From: Candidatus Thorarchaeota archaeon
GTDB taxonomy: Archaea; Asgardarchaeota; Thorarchaeia; Thorarchaeales; Thorarchaeaceae
NCBI GenBank assembly: GCA_046758445.1
Contig: JBHIAE010000002.1
Coordinates: 32,001-96,000, forward strand
Length of the DNA stretch: 64,000 bases
Direction of reading: 5' to 3'
This document shows, one piece after another, positions 28,309 to 37,991 of the stretch. The translations under genes were made by a program, and so were the position numbers. Below the pieces are notes generated by a model, which was not told where the DNA came from, did no database searches, and saw only the letters and a list, made by a program, of their open reading frames with translations. Each line of letters starts with the position of its first letter. Positions within the stretch are counted from its first letter, which is position 1.

Positions 28309-28938
28309 TTAGAAACTCTTCATGACTTTCCTTGCTTTCTTGACCACTGACTTGACGTCACTTGACAAGAAAGGTTCCACAAACTTCTTGACTCTTGGTG
28401 CAAACTCAGGATTACCAACAAAGGGTTCCATGGCCTCTACGATGAAGCCAATGCGATTTCCCGGAAAGTACTCAGTCTGACTCAGGAGCATCTCAAGAAT
28501 CTCTGATGCGGTTTCTGGGAAGGCCCCAGCTATCTTCGCCAACGCACGGACTGAATGTCCTTGAAGCACAATGCTCTTGTCGCTGAGAAAGTCCGCAATT
28601 CTCCCTATCAGGGCCGGAGTCTTGTTCTGCTTGTCAACCGATGCGAGGTTGCCAAGAGCACATACAGCTTCCCAGCGAAGAACGGGGGCTTGGGCCTCAA
28701 GATTTGCGACAAGGACCTCCACGTGGGGATAAAGGAGATCTGGCTTATCTCCAGAGAAAAGAGAGGCCAACTCTGCACACCCACTTTGCACTCTTCTCTC
28801 TTCAGAATCAAGAACTTTGATGATGTCGTCTAGATATGCTGTAGGCTTCTCTGAGATATGCATGTTATAGAGGTCCTTGGGTCTGGTTCCATCCTCCCAC
28901 TTCCCGGCAAGCGCTCTGTGAATGTCGACCTTCGTCAT
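28309..28938 (-). CDS. HEAT/ARM-like helical repeat protein
   Basis: Repeated helix pairs, e.g. LRWEAVCALGNLA and VRALAKIA. Confidence 0.7.
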   Translation of the reverse strand: MTKVDIHRALAGKWEDGTRPKDLYNMHISEKPTAYLDDIIKVLDSEERRVQSGCAELASLFSGDKPDLLYPHVEVLVANLEAQAPVLRWEAVCALGNLASVDKQNKTPALIGRIADFLSDKSIVLQGHSVRALAKIAGAFPETASEILEMLLSQTEYFPGNRIGFIVEAMEPFVGNPEFAPRVKKFVEPFLSSDVKSVVKKARKVMKSF

Positions 28939-29130
28939 ATGTCCGGCAACTCCTCAACTCGTGGTGTCTGACAGACCTGTCATATCATCATCACATAAAG
29001 AGAACACTATCTTCATGAGCCGCTTCTGCTGTCACCTATATTGGAGATGTTGTTGATTTGGACATCTTCGTTCTATACTTACACACACCAAATGACTCTG
29101 GGTGTTTAATACCTAATCATCTGAACTAGT

Positions 29131-30048
29131 ATGAAAGGAGTGTGTATGGACATCCCTTCAGCGAAAGACGATGACATGCCAATTGACTTTCAGCAGCGAA
29201 GAACGAAAGCCATGTTATGTCCAGATGAAGTCAGACGTCTATACTTTGATGAGGGTCTATCACAAAAACAGATAGCAGAGAGGGCAGGTTGGAAAACTGC
29301 ACATCCAGTTCGGAGAATCTTCAATGAACAGGGTTGGATACCCCGTGTTCAGAGAGGAGGGGTTAGTCCACGCCATTTTAGGAATGATGAAGAAAGAAGA
29401 CACGCTAGAAGTGAGCATAAGAAGAAATCAGCTCAAAGGATTAAGGATTTGAGAGAGAAACTGTTTGGAAAGGAATGCGGTCTATGTGGGGTGAGTAAAG
29501 AAGAGAAGATTCTTCCTGTTCATCGGAAAGATTGAACGAAACATGAAGAAGAAGCCCTTAGAAGAATGGGTTTTCTCAAATCACTTGATCCCGAAGAATA
29601 TGTAGCTCTGTGCACTTCCTGTCATCGCGGAGCCCATTGGCTAATGGAACAACACGGAATGAAATGGAGCGAAATCCACGATCACAGAGGAAGGAAACAG
29701 AAGGCCATCACACAGGCTAAGGAGAGAATAGACCTACCTGATAAGAATACGCCATCTTCTGACAGATATCGTGAACTACAAAAACAAGGAAACAGCAATC
29801 TGGAAAATCTGCGATGTGAACTTTTCGGTGAGAGTTGTCATTTTTGCGGAACTCGTTCAACAGAGAAGAAGATTGTAGTTCATAGGAAGGATTTCCGACC
29901 GCACAACAAGAGATTACTCGAGTCAAAGAGGTATTTGCGGACGTTGAATCCGGACGATTGGGCAGCATTATGCAACAAGTGTCATCGCTATACTCATTGG
30001 GCACACGAAATCCTAGGAATGGATAAGGACGACCTGAACTTGATGTAG
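29131..30048 (+). pseudogene. HTH plus two HNH-like Zn modules, interrupted by an in-frame TGA (29533-29535)
   Basis: The two ORFs are in the same frame (offset 435 nt); each repeat is LFG.xCxxCG...VHRKD...H...L.P..(Y/W).ALCxxCH..(A/T)HW. Confidence 0.7.
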
Positions 30049-30095
30049 ACTGCGGAAGCTTTATCTCAGTCACACATTGGGTTTGCATCACGGAT

Positions 30096-30205
30096 GCCCC
30101 AGTAGCTCAGACCGGTTAGATCGCCTCCTTGGTAAGGAGGAGGCCGCGGGACTTCATGGACGTCTGCACCATGGAGCGCGAATTCGAATCCCGCCTGGGG
30201 CTCCA
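30096..30205 (+). tRNA. tRNA-Thr(GGT) with 32-nt non-canonical intron at 53/54 (30151-30182)
   Basis: GCCCCAG/CTGGGGC plus TCCA; CCTCC-TT-GGT-AA-GGAGG; T arm GCGGG^TTCGAAT-CCCGC restored on intron removal. Confidence 0.9.
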
Positions 30206-30227
30206 CATCATACATGAGTCGATAATC

Positions 30228-30470
30228 CTACTCCAATTGATAATAGATGACCTCTGCAATCTTGTTTATCGGGACAATGACCCTAACTCTCTCAGTCTTG
30301 TGCCGTGATTTCTCATCCGTGTCGGCTGCCCTTTCGATCTCGATGTATTCCCTTCCGACGTGTTTGATGATACCCTCAACCGTCTTCAAGTGCAGATCGT
30401 CGGCGGTTGTATCTACTACGACCTTCACTACCACTGCAGCCTCCATAAGGTCCTGAAACTTGTTCATCAT
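30228..30470 (-). CDS. small hypothetical protein, possible Sm-like beta barrel
   Basis: V.GII.HVG.EYIEI ... VIVPI.KI..V pattern. Confidence 0.5.
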   Translation of the reverse strand: MMNKFQDLMEAAVVVKVVVDTTADDLHLKTVEGIIKHVGREYIEIERAADTDEKSRHKTERVRVIVPINKIAEVIYYQLE

Positions 30471-30609
30471 GGTTTGTTCACCTATTCAGTATTCAATAGT
30501 GTCCGAGGTCTGACTTATAGTTTGGCCAATGTGCGTTGACAACACTGGATTCAGACCATGTCAATGGATCGACCAAGTACGGATTGGTTGCCTTAGGCCG
30601 TGGGATTGA

Positions 30610-30975
30610 CTAGTCATAGTTAGTGGTCCAGTCCTTCACAATGTCCTCAGTGTGCAGGCTACTGTGGTTCTTCAGGCGTTCATCACTGCGAAGTCGGGTT
30701 AGAGATCTGATCACAAGATACATCCCTACTATCGCCAGCACCAGAATTCCAATAGATAGTCCGATGATGAAGCCCATTACTTCTATCATAGAGTAGTAGC
30801 TTGAAGTTGCTACGAGGATAGCTAGGAGTGACAAGGGAATTGTGAGAATTCCAATACCAGTGCGAAGCTCGGCCAAATGAGTCCTCTTCTCTGCTTCAAT
30901 GGTCCTGATTATTGCCAATGCTGTCGTAAGGTCCAATAGTTCTTGATTCGATAGGTCTGATTCCAAGCAGATCAC
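30610..30975 (-). CDS. DUF202-like membrane protein
   Basis: A.KRTHLA.LRTGI followed by 2 TM. Confidence 0.65.
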   Translation of the reverse strand: MICLESDLSNQELLDLTTALAIIRTIEAEKRTHLAELRTGIGILTIPLSLLAILVATSSYYSMIEVMGFIIGLSIGILVLAIVGMYLVIRSLTRLRSDERLKNHSSLHTEDIVKDWTTNYD

Positions 30976-30982
30976 ATTCTAT

Positions 30983-31192
30983 CTATGTCTTATGGGTTCG
31001 TTTCTTTCGCAGTAGTCGACGAGCTTCTTCAGGCCCTACCAGGTCCGAGATCCTCTCGAGGGCCTCGTCTTCATCTAGCTCCTCAAGCCATTTCTCTATT
31101 TCTTGTCGGACCCCAGGTGACAGGTCCTTCGCATGCTTCTTTAGTCGACCTTTCTTGCCCTTGCCGAAGTCATCTGGTCCCAACAAGCTCAA
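30983..31192 (-). CDS. small hypothetical protein
   Basis: Charged helical ORF with GGTG SD-like sequence upstream. Confidence 0.5.
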   Translation of the reverse strand: MSLLGPDDFGKGKKGRLKKHAKDLSPGVRQEIEKWLEELDEDEALERISDLVGPEEARRLLRKKRTHKT

Positions 31193-31416
31193 TGTTTCTA
31201 CACCTATGTCGCCAACCTACCATTTGGTTAAGACGCTTCCTCTTATGACACCACTCAGAAACGCAGGACCTTGTCCTGCTTCAGTCACGAGGTGGTCAGA
31301 GATGGGAATGCAGAGTCATGCATAGACTCTGAGTCTAGTGTGCGCTGAGGTGTGAATTGATACTGACATTCCAGAGATACTCTTATATCCAAAGATGGCG
31401 GACCGTGCGACCGCAT

Positions 31417-31494
31417 GGGTCGGTGGTCTAGCTTGGCTATGATTCCTGGTTTGGGTCCAGGGGATCGTGAGTTCAAATCTCACCCGGCCCACCA
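31417..31494 (+). tRNA. tRNA-Pro(TGG), intronless
   Basis: GGGTCGG/CCGGCCC plus ACCA; CCTGG-TT-TGG-GT-CCAGG; GTGAG-TTCAAAT-CTCAC. Confidence 0.96.
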
Positions 31495-31647
31495 CACCTT
31501 TGGGTGATGACACGTCTAGACAAGTCTGGCCACAATACTATACGTCAACTGGAGAAGCAGACCTGACACCGACTAGTGCCGCTCAATACACAAAGTGTGT
31601 TATGAGATACGAGAGTTTATATCCTGTATTACTTATTATGTGTTACG

Positions 31648-31843
31648 CTTGGGATTCTGATAACCACGCATGAATTCGGAATCCACAAACAAGAAATGGT
31701 GTAGAGAGAGCTAAGAGGGATATTACTCTCCCTTGCGGAAATCGTGGTGCTGGCTTCAAATTGAGGAACGGCCCAGACATGCGTTCTATTCCTTCTTTGC
31801 CTCCCCTTCCCCATTTCGTTTCAGGAGGGAGGGGGGCCCCAAG
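31648..31843 (+). ncRNA. candidate structured ncRNA with two loop-to-distal pairings (unknown class)
   Basis: Manually identified helices (see findings); TATA-like TTTATAT at ~31616; no convincing ORF. Confidence 0.4.
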
Positions 31844-31994
31844 ACCTAGAAACAGATGATGGCGCTCGCCTTAGACAACGGTTTCTCGTGAGAGTTTCAT
31901 TATGCTCATGGTCTATGCATCTCTGGCAGAGCCACAATGGAATTCGGCAAAAGTCGAAATCCTTATCACTGAAACGATGCGAACAAATCAAGCC

Positions 31995-32720
31995 ATGGCA
32001 ATGCAGTCATCTGTCAGAGAGCGGTTTGCCAGACGTATTGCGGGTGAGATTGCCCTTTCCGACCACCCTGGGCAGACCATGCGCCTGTGGAGAGAGAGAT
32101 TCAGGCTTCCGCAGATAGAGTTGGCAGACTTCATTGGCATAAGCCCCAGTGTTATCAGTGACTATGAGTCTGGACGGAGGAAGTCGCCTGGCACATCTAC
32201 AATACGCCGCTTTGTGATGGCACTCCTGGCACTGGACGAGCGAAACGGTGGCCAGATAATCGCAGCCTATGTACGGTTGATGGATGTCAGTCTTGTGGAT
32301 CTAGACATAGTCCTCGCAATGAGTGACTTTCATTCGCCTACCACTTTAGCTGATTTCTGTAAGCGGTTGAAGTGCACCGTCAAGACTGGCATGAATCTAC
32401 TACAGAAGGAGATCTACGGCTATACCTTGGTCGACGTCGAGCGAGCTGTGAGGGAGCTCAGCAGCGAGGCGTTTATGAAGCTATTTGGTGCGACTACTGA
32501 AAGATGCCTCATATTCACGAAAGTGAACACCGGACGAGCGCCCATGATTGCGATAAAATCTCAAGAGTTCAAACCGACGCTGGTGATTCTACACGGCGTG
32601 GGAGAAGTGGACAGGCTTGCTCTGGAACTCTCTGAACAAATGAAGATCCCGTTGGCTGTGAGCAAGATAGGATCCTTGGATGCACTCATCAGAGAGCTTC
32701 GTAACGTTAATTCTGACTAG
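31995..32720 (+). CDS. XRE-family HTH transcriptional regulator (COG1709-like)
   Basis: RIAGEIALS..PG.TMR.WRE, SPSVISDYESGRRKSPG, VNTGRAPMIAI. Confidence 0.85.
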   Translation: MAMQSSVRERFARRIAGEIALSDHPGQTMRLWRERFRLPQIELADFIGISPSVISDYESGRRKSPGTSTIRRFVMALLALDERNGGQIIAAYVRLMDVSLVDLDIVLAMSDFHSPTTLADFCKRLKCTVKTGMNLLQKEIYGYTLVDVERAVRELSSEAFMKLFGATTERCLIFTKVNTGRAPMIAIKSQEFKPTLVILHGVGEVDRLALELSEQMKIPLAVSKIGSLDALIRELRNVNSD

Positions 32721-33631
32721 CTGAATATCAACTTTAGAATGGCCATTCTTGTGACAACGCCACTATATACTTGGTCGAAGTACTTTGCATGTGGCGTCGA
32801 GTCAATCTCAGATGAAAGCTCGTCTACACGGGGAAGCGGATGCAGTATGATCGCGTCATCTCTCATTAGACCGAGCTCCTCCGACGTGATTCGGAATTCA
32901 CCCTTCACTTCATCGTATTCGTTGATGTCTGGAAAACGTTCCTTCTGTATCCTTGTCATGTAGACTACATCAACCTCCTTGACGGCCTCCTCCACGGTAT
33001 CGACCTCGGTCACTCGAACACCGGCCTTTCTCATCTCCTCAATTATGGCTCGTTTCATCCTCAGAGTAGGTGGTGCTGCCAGTTTGACATCAACGTCATA
33101 ATACGCCAGAGCCATGCCGAGAGAATGAACTGTCCTACCGTATCTCAGATCGCCAGAGAGTGAGATTGATAGCCCGTCAATCTTCCCTTTCATCTTCTTT
33201 ATGGAGTACAGGTCAAGCAATGCCTGTGTGGGATGTTCCTCCGACCCGCTTCCTGCGTTTATTATGGGGATGCTCGAGAACTCTGCAGCCACTCTTGCAG
33301 ATCCGTCTAGAGGATGGCGTATGACTATGACATCTGCATACCTCTCTACAGTGCGGATGGTGTCCGCCAGCGTTTCCCCTTTACCTCCCGCGGAAGTCGA
33401 AATGACATCAGCAAAACCAAGGACTCGTCCACCAAGTCTGATCATTGCGCTCTCGAAGGAAAGGCGCGTACGTGTAGACGGCTCGAAGAACAGAGTGGCC
33501 ATAATCTTGTCGGCCAATTCCCTGCTCCTGTTTACTGCGACATCCTCCATTTGTTCAGCCGTCTTTAGAATAAGATCTATGGTTCCACGATCCAGGTCGT
33601 GGATACTAATCAAGTTGTGAAGAATCCCCAT
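32717..33631 (-). CDS. pyrB: aspartate carbamoyltransferase catalytic subunit
   Basis: FFEPSTRT, HPTQ.LLD, GDL.YGRT, R.QKER, HPLP. Confidence 0.97.
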   Translation of the reverse strand: MGILHNLISIHDLDRGTIDLILKTAEQMEDVAVNRSRELADKIMATLFFEPSTRTRLSFESAMIRLGGRVLGFADVISTSAGGKGETLADTIRTVERYADVIVIRHPLDGSARVAAEFSSIPIINAGSGSEEHPTQALLDLYSIKKMKGKIDGLSISLSGDLRYGRTVHSLGMALAYYDVDVKLAAPPTLRMKRAIIEEMRKAGVRVTEVDTVEEAVKEVDVVYMTRIQKERFPDINEYDEVKGEFRITSEELGLMRDDAIILHPLPRVDELSSEIDSTPHAKYFDQVYSGVVTRMAILKLIFS

Positions 33632-33651
33632 CCATTCTCACCTTGGACTCT

Positions 33652-34191
33652 CTAGACTGCGGGCTCTTCACCATTGCTCTTTAAAGTTTCCAAGTTTCGC
33701 CCGTAGTTTCTAGGAATCTCTACCCGTCTGATCTTGAGGCCTGACTCCCTGATGAGCTGAGTGGCCAGGTCATCCTCATACTCCTCGTTGTAGACTATCT
33801 CAACAATTCCCGCATTGATCAGTATCTTTGTGCAGATACTGCAGGGCTTGGTTGTGCAGTAGACCTCTGCTCCCCTTACACTCACACCATGGTATGCTGC
33901 CTGAATCACTGCATTCTGTTCGGCGTGAAGGCCTCTACAGAGTTCATGTCTTTCGCCCGGTTTGACCCCCTGATTCTCACGCACACAACCGACATCTTCA
34001 CAGTGGGGAAGGCCTTTGGGGGCCCCGTTGTAGCCGGTACTCAGAATCTGGGCCTCTTTGACAACCACCGCTCCAACTTGGTTCCTGAGACACGTACTCC
34101 GTGATGACACAAGGTCAGCAATCTCGCCAAAGTACACGTCCTTGCTCTTCCTGACCAAAGAGTCTACAGCTCCTTGCCGCTGATGTGTCAA
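33652..34191 (-). CDS. dCMP deaminase family protein
   Basis: RSTCLR..VGAV, TGYNGAP, HAEQNA, PC.IC. Confidence 0.93.
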   Translation of the reverse strand: MTHQRQGAVDSLVRKSKDVYFGEIADLVSSRSTCLRNQVGAVVVKEAQILSTGYNGAPKGLPHCEDVGCVRENQGVKPGERHELCRGLHAEQNAVIQAAYHGVSVRGAEVYCTTKPCSICTKILINAGIVEIVYNEEYEDDLATQLIRESGLKIRRVEIPRNYGRNLETLKSNGEEPAV

Positions 34192-34316
34192 CCTCTCTTA
34201 AGAAGGTCGTTGTTAGACCACATATCATTCACATTTCGTAGTCGAAAGGCGAAAGGTAAAAAGAGCAGGTCAAGCGTGATGGGATGAACCTCAAGTGAAA
34301 TTGGAAGCCCAGCATC

Positions 34317-34673
34317 ATGAGAAAGCGGGATGGAAAGATAGTAGTGTGGCCAGCCTACCTAGATTCAACCCTCACCAGAGCACAGGGACGTAGGATTCCC
34401 AAGAATCTCGGAGCACCTGACATCTCAATCAAGATTCTCAAGGAGGCTGCAGACTCGGCAGGGTTCGACTCCGAGGTCGAAGCTGAGAAGGTATACCCGC
34501 GCGGCTGGAACAGATCTTCTGGCTATCTAGTCGTTGAAAACCCAGAGAAACACAAGAAGAAGCGTCTAATCCTGATGCTGGCAAAGAGCGTAAGAAGAGT
34601 CGTTGCAAAACGTGACTCCGCAAGGAAGGAAGCGGAGAAGAAGAAGAAGGCCAAGAAGAAGAAGAAACGATAG
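34317..34673 (+). CDS. srp19: signal recognition particle protein SRP19
   Basis: WPAYLDS...R..GRRIPK, YPR; Lys-rich tail. Confidence 0.92.
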   Translation: MRKRDGKIVVWPAYLDSTLTRAQGRRIPKNLGAPDISIKILKEAADSAGFDSEVEAEKVYPRGWNRSSGYLVVENPEKHKKKRLILMLAKSVRRVVAKRDSARKEAEKKKKAKKKKKR

Positions 34674-34677
34674 GCGC

Positions 34678-34941
34678 ATGATTCTGGGAGGTCAAGAATT
34701 GAAGAGGCTCGGCAAGGTTCTTCATGTGTCGAAGAGGGGGTCCCTAATCCTCAGGACAGACAAGACACCTCCCATTGGCGAGCGCTCCGTTGTTATGAAT
34801 AAGCAAGCCGAGAAAATAGGCACGATAATTGACGTGTTTGGACCAGTCAAAAACCCGTATGTCGCTGTAAGTCCTCTGAACAAGGACACTTCTCACAAGC
34901 TTGTTGGTCAGGTATTATACCTCTACAAGCGCAAAAAGTGA
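34678..34941 (+). CDS. gar1: H/ACA RNP protein Gar1
   Basis: KRLGKVLH, IG.I.DVFGPV.NPY. Confidence 0.92.
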   Translation: MILGGQELKRLGKVLHVSKRGSLILRTDKTPPIGERSVVMNKQAEKIGTIIDVFGPVKNPYVAVSPLNKDTSHKLVGQVLYLYKRKK

Positions 34942-35071
34942 TGCTCGCTTCTGTACATCGATGTTCTCCTGAGGACGCAAGCTGCCGAAATCGTGGAGCA
35001 GCTTCCGAAATCTAAATATCAATTCGTGCAGAATGTTCGACGTTGCCACGTGTTAATCAAAGGTCATCTCA

Positions 35072-35425
35072 ATGAACGATGTAACGGACCGGATTCTGGA
35101 GGCTCTCCGAGCCGTTGGTGAAAACGGTCTAGTCATCGAGGAACTGAAGACCGGGCTTGGCATTGATTCAAGGAATCTGGCCAAGAGCATCAAGCGACTG
35201 AAGTCCCAGAGGCTAATCAAAGTGCAGAAACAAGAACTGAAAGAGGAAAGATACGTCATCAGAGCTGAGATCAGCGATGAAGCTGAGCCCGGTAGCCTAT
35301 CTGACATGAACGGTTGTCCCTGCTTCCACTGTCTAAGAATCAGCAAGTGTGGCGTTCGACAGCCTGACTCTCCAGTCAGCTGTAAGAACCTAGAAGAGTG
35401 GATGTTAGGTTCGGAAGCAGCCTAA
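35072..35425 (+). CDS. TFE-beta / RPC34(39)-like protein (wHTH plus 4Fe-4S domain)
   Basis: wHTH followed by CPCFHC.....C..........C..L.EW. Confidence 0.8.
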   Translation: MNDVTDRILEALRAVGENGLVIEELKTGLGIDSRNLAKSIKRLKSQRLIKVQKQELKEERYVIRAEISDEAEPGSLSDMNGCPCFHCLRISKCGVRQPDSPVSCKNLEEWMLGSEAA

Positions 35426-36039
35426 TCCACATTCCTATCTGACTTCTTCAAAGGGCCTGTAGCAAGCAGATAAATCTCCGCACTTGTCCTGCGTGATGCA
35501 TCAGGCTTGAGAAGTCTTACGGATTGATACTGTTCTTTGACAGATTGGAGGAACTCTTGAAATCCACTGCCTTGGAAGACTTTGGTCAGTACCTTTCCGC
35601 TCTGCCCAAGCAATTCAAGACCGATTCCCAGAGTAGCCTCCACAAGAGCCAGTTGTCTTGCGACATCAAGGTCCCAGTTTCCGGTGACCTTTGGAGCACA
35701 GTCTGATACCACAAGGTCGACTGATCCTCTGGTCATCTCCCTGATTCTCTCCACGGTTGCGGGACTCAGTATGTCCCCCTGAATGAAAGTAGCTCTCTCA
35801 ACCGCTTGCATCGGCACTAAGTCGACTGCCACTATCTCTATTTCACTATCTAGTTCACGGAGAACTTGAGTCCAGCCTCCCGGACTGCTGCAGAGATCGA
35901 GCACGCGGTCAACACCACCAAGGAGCTTGTGTTTCTTTGCAATCTGCTTGAGCTTGTAGGCACTTCTTGCCCGGTATCCCTTGGCCTTGGCTGCTCTATA
36001 ATAGTGCTCCTTCTTGCGCAGTTTCTTTGGCTTTCCCAT
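35422..36039 (-). CDS. rlmE: 23S rRNA 2'-O-methyltransferase RlmE/FtsJ
   Basis: GYRARSAYKL, DLCSSPGGW, SD.AP, KVFQG, KP.ASR..S.E.Y. Confidence 0.94.
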   Translation of the reverse strand: MGKPKKLRKKEHYYRAAKAKGYRARSAYKLKQIAKKHKLLGGVDRVLDLCSSPGGWTQVLRELDSEIEIVAVDLVPMQAVERATFIQGDILSPATVERIREMTRGSVDLVVSDCAPKVTGNWDLDVARQLALVEATLGIGLELLGQSGKVLTKVFQGSGFQEFLQSVKEQYQSVRLLKPDASRRTSAEIYLLATGPLKKSDRNVD

Positions 36040-36043
36040 CTGT

Positions 36044-37249
36044 CTACTTCACTCCGGAAAGATCACTAATCACTCTGCCTAGTTCTCCAATTGATGCATT
36101 GGTTCGAATCGCAGTCGGTCTGAAGTGGGTCCTTGATGCCGAATGCCCAAGATCTCTCACTCTCTGCATCACTGTATCAGTCTTTGGGGGTGCAAGTCCA
36201 TGAACGTCGCACAGAACATGGAGGTCCACATATGGATTGTCCGTTAGCTCCGCTTCCTCCCGCATAAGTGGCAAGACTGTTGATACGCGTCTATGGAAAC
36301 CAGCTTCTCCCTCCGCCAGAAACGTCAGTGCGGTATCAAGCAGGGACACATCGAAGAGATCACCGATCCAGAGTGGGCCTGCAACGGTTGGCATTCCAAC
36401 ACAGGTGTCTGTTTCATGCTTGAATTCGCTCTTCTGCAGTGATTCTCTCAACGAAACAGTTTCAGCGCGCATACAGGTCTTACAAAAGCGTATCAGGCCC
36501 ATCTTGTCAGCCTGTATGTTTCCTTCGCTCTTGCTGCCCTCAATTCTGACCCACACTCTGACGTAGTGGTCAGTGCTCAATACTGCAAGAGGCTCAATTG
36601 ACCTGTCATTAGCACCTCCTGCAGAGTAGGCCGCACCCAGGAGAAGTCGTACGGCAAGCTCATGCACGAAAGGCGCTCGTATAGACAGTCCGCCGTATTT
36701 CCGCAGAGCCACATTGGGGTGGACTCCGCACAGTGCTGGCATGTCAGTCGCTGTGAGAGCGAGCATACCGACACGAGGATTCAAGGACTGTATCGCAGCA
36801 CTCAGATAGGGTGCAGGACTTCCAAAAGGGTCTACATCTACAAAGCCAAACCTTCGGGTCCGCGATTCAGTCAAGAGCAAGACTTTGGCATCTCCCCTCT
36901 TGACTTTCGCTCGAGATTGAAGATTGAGCCGTTCTATGTTCCTTTCTGCCATCTCAACGGCTACGGGATTTATGTCAAACATCAAGGCTTTGAAGCTGCC
37001 CGGACATTCATTCAGATAGCGAAGAGTTCTGATACCTGAACCTGTCAAAGGTTCGCAGAGAAGGTCAATGGAGTTCGTTTCAAGATAAGCACGCAGGAAC
37101 AGCACAGACAGGTCTCGATTCAATCTCATACGTGGATTATAGAAGACAGGTAGGTCTGTCGCTGGTTGCTCCTTATTCGCACTATAGTGCTCAACATCTG
37201 CACTCATGAAAGAGGTCTTGCCTTCTGTGTACTCCTTCTCGACAATCAT
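36044..37249 (-). CDS. trm1: tRNA (guanine-26-N2)-dimethyltransferase
   Basis: VFYNP.M..NRD.SV, GSGIR..RY, DVDPFGSP, TATD, GPLWIG. Confidence 0.95.
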   Translation of the reverse strand: MIVEKEYTEGKTSFMSADVEHYSANKEQPATDLPVFYNPRMRLNRDLSVLFLRAYLETNSIDLLCEPLTGSGIRTLRYLNECPGSFKALMFDINPVAVEMAERNIERLNLQSRAKVKRGDAKVLLLTESRTRRFGFVDVDPFGSPAPYLSAAIQSLNPRVGMLALTATDMPALCGVHPNVALRKYGGLSIRAPFVHELAVRLLLGAAYSAGGANDRSIEPLAVLSTDHYVRVWVRIEGSKSEGNIQADKMGLIRFCKTCMRAETVSLRESLQKSEFKHETDTCVGMPTVAGPLWIGDLFDVSLLDTALTFLAEGEAGFHRRVSTVLPLMREEAELTDNPYVDLHVLCDVHGLAPPKTDTVMQRVRDLGHSASRTHFRPTAIRTNASIGELGRVISDLSGVK

Positions 37250-37411
37250 CAGACAGTCAAGCCTCGCTATGTTTTGCTAATAAGGAGACAGGATAGACTT
37301 TGAGTGTGCGGCCAACTGACCAATGACATCTCCGGAACGTCTAAGAGGAGAACGTGCAGCCAAGAAACAACCAAAGAGGACCTAAAAGAACCGGACCTAG
37401 GGGTGCTAGTC

Positions 37412-37900
37412 ATGACAACAAGAGTAAGAATTGAAACTAACAAGGGAACAATCATTGCAGAGCTATGGCCAGACGCAGCAATCAACACAGTCAAGAACTT
37501 CGTTGAGCTTGCCAGAGATGGCTACTACGATGGAGTGACATTTCATCGGGTAATCTCCGAGTTCGTAGTGCAGGGAGGCGATTCCACAGGAACTGGGGGT
37601 GGCGGACCGGGCTATGCTATTGTCTGCGAAACTGATGGACCAAAGCAGGAACATATCCAAGGTGCATTATCGATGGCACATGCAGGTGAGAACACAGGTG
37701 GAAGTCAGTTCTTCATAGTTCTGAATGCAGAGAAGTGCAAGCATCTGGACAGGAAGCACACCGTTTTCGGAGCAGTGATAGAGGGGTTTGATGTCGTTGA
37801 GGCAATCAGGCAGGGTGACAAGATGACCAAGGTCGAGGTATTGGAGGCAGATCCGGTCGTAGAGAGTCATGAGCTGAAAAAGCTCCCTTCATGGCGTTGA
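37412..37900 (+). CDS. cyclophilin-type peptidyl-prolyl isomerase
   Basis: FHRVI..FVVQGGD, LSMAHAG.NTGGSQFFI, HLD.KHTVFG. Confidence 0.95.
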   Translation: MTTRVRIETNKGTIIAELWPDAAINTVKNFVELARDGYYDGVTFHRVISEFVVQGGDSTGTGGGGPGYAIVCETDGPKQEHIQGALSMAHAGENTGGSQFFIVLNAEKCKHLDRKHTVFGAVIEGFDVVEAIRQGDKMTKVEVLEADPVVESHELKKLPSWR

Positions 37901-37991
37901 ACAGTCACCTTTACATATCACCCCACATCGTCACACGCCAAGAAATCTAGGAGTAATAACCACAAACATAGTCAGCAAGAGAGGTATCCAG

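Noticed and set aside
29533-29535. TGA as selenocysteine in the HNH-like gene
   Set aside because: The position is not a Cys-equivalent (HRKD-x; Phe in repeat 2, and a single change from GGA), and I see no SECIS-like hairpin in the 47 bp before the tRNA.
31495-31560. tRNA-associated HDV-like (theta) ribozyme after tRNA-Pro
   Set aside because: I could not build the nested P1/P2/P3/P1.1 topology at the tRNA 3' end.
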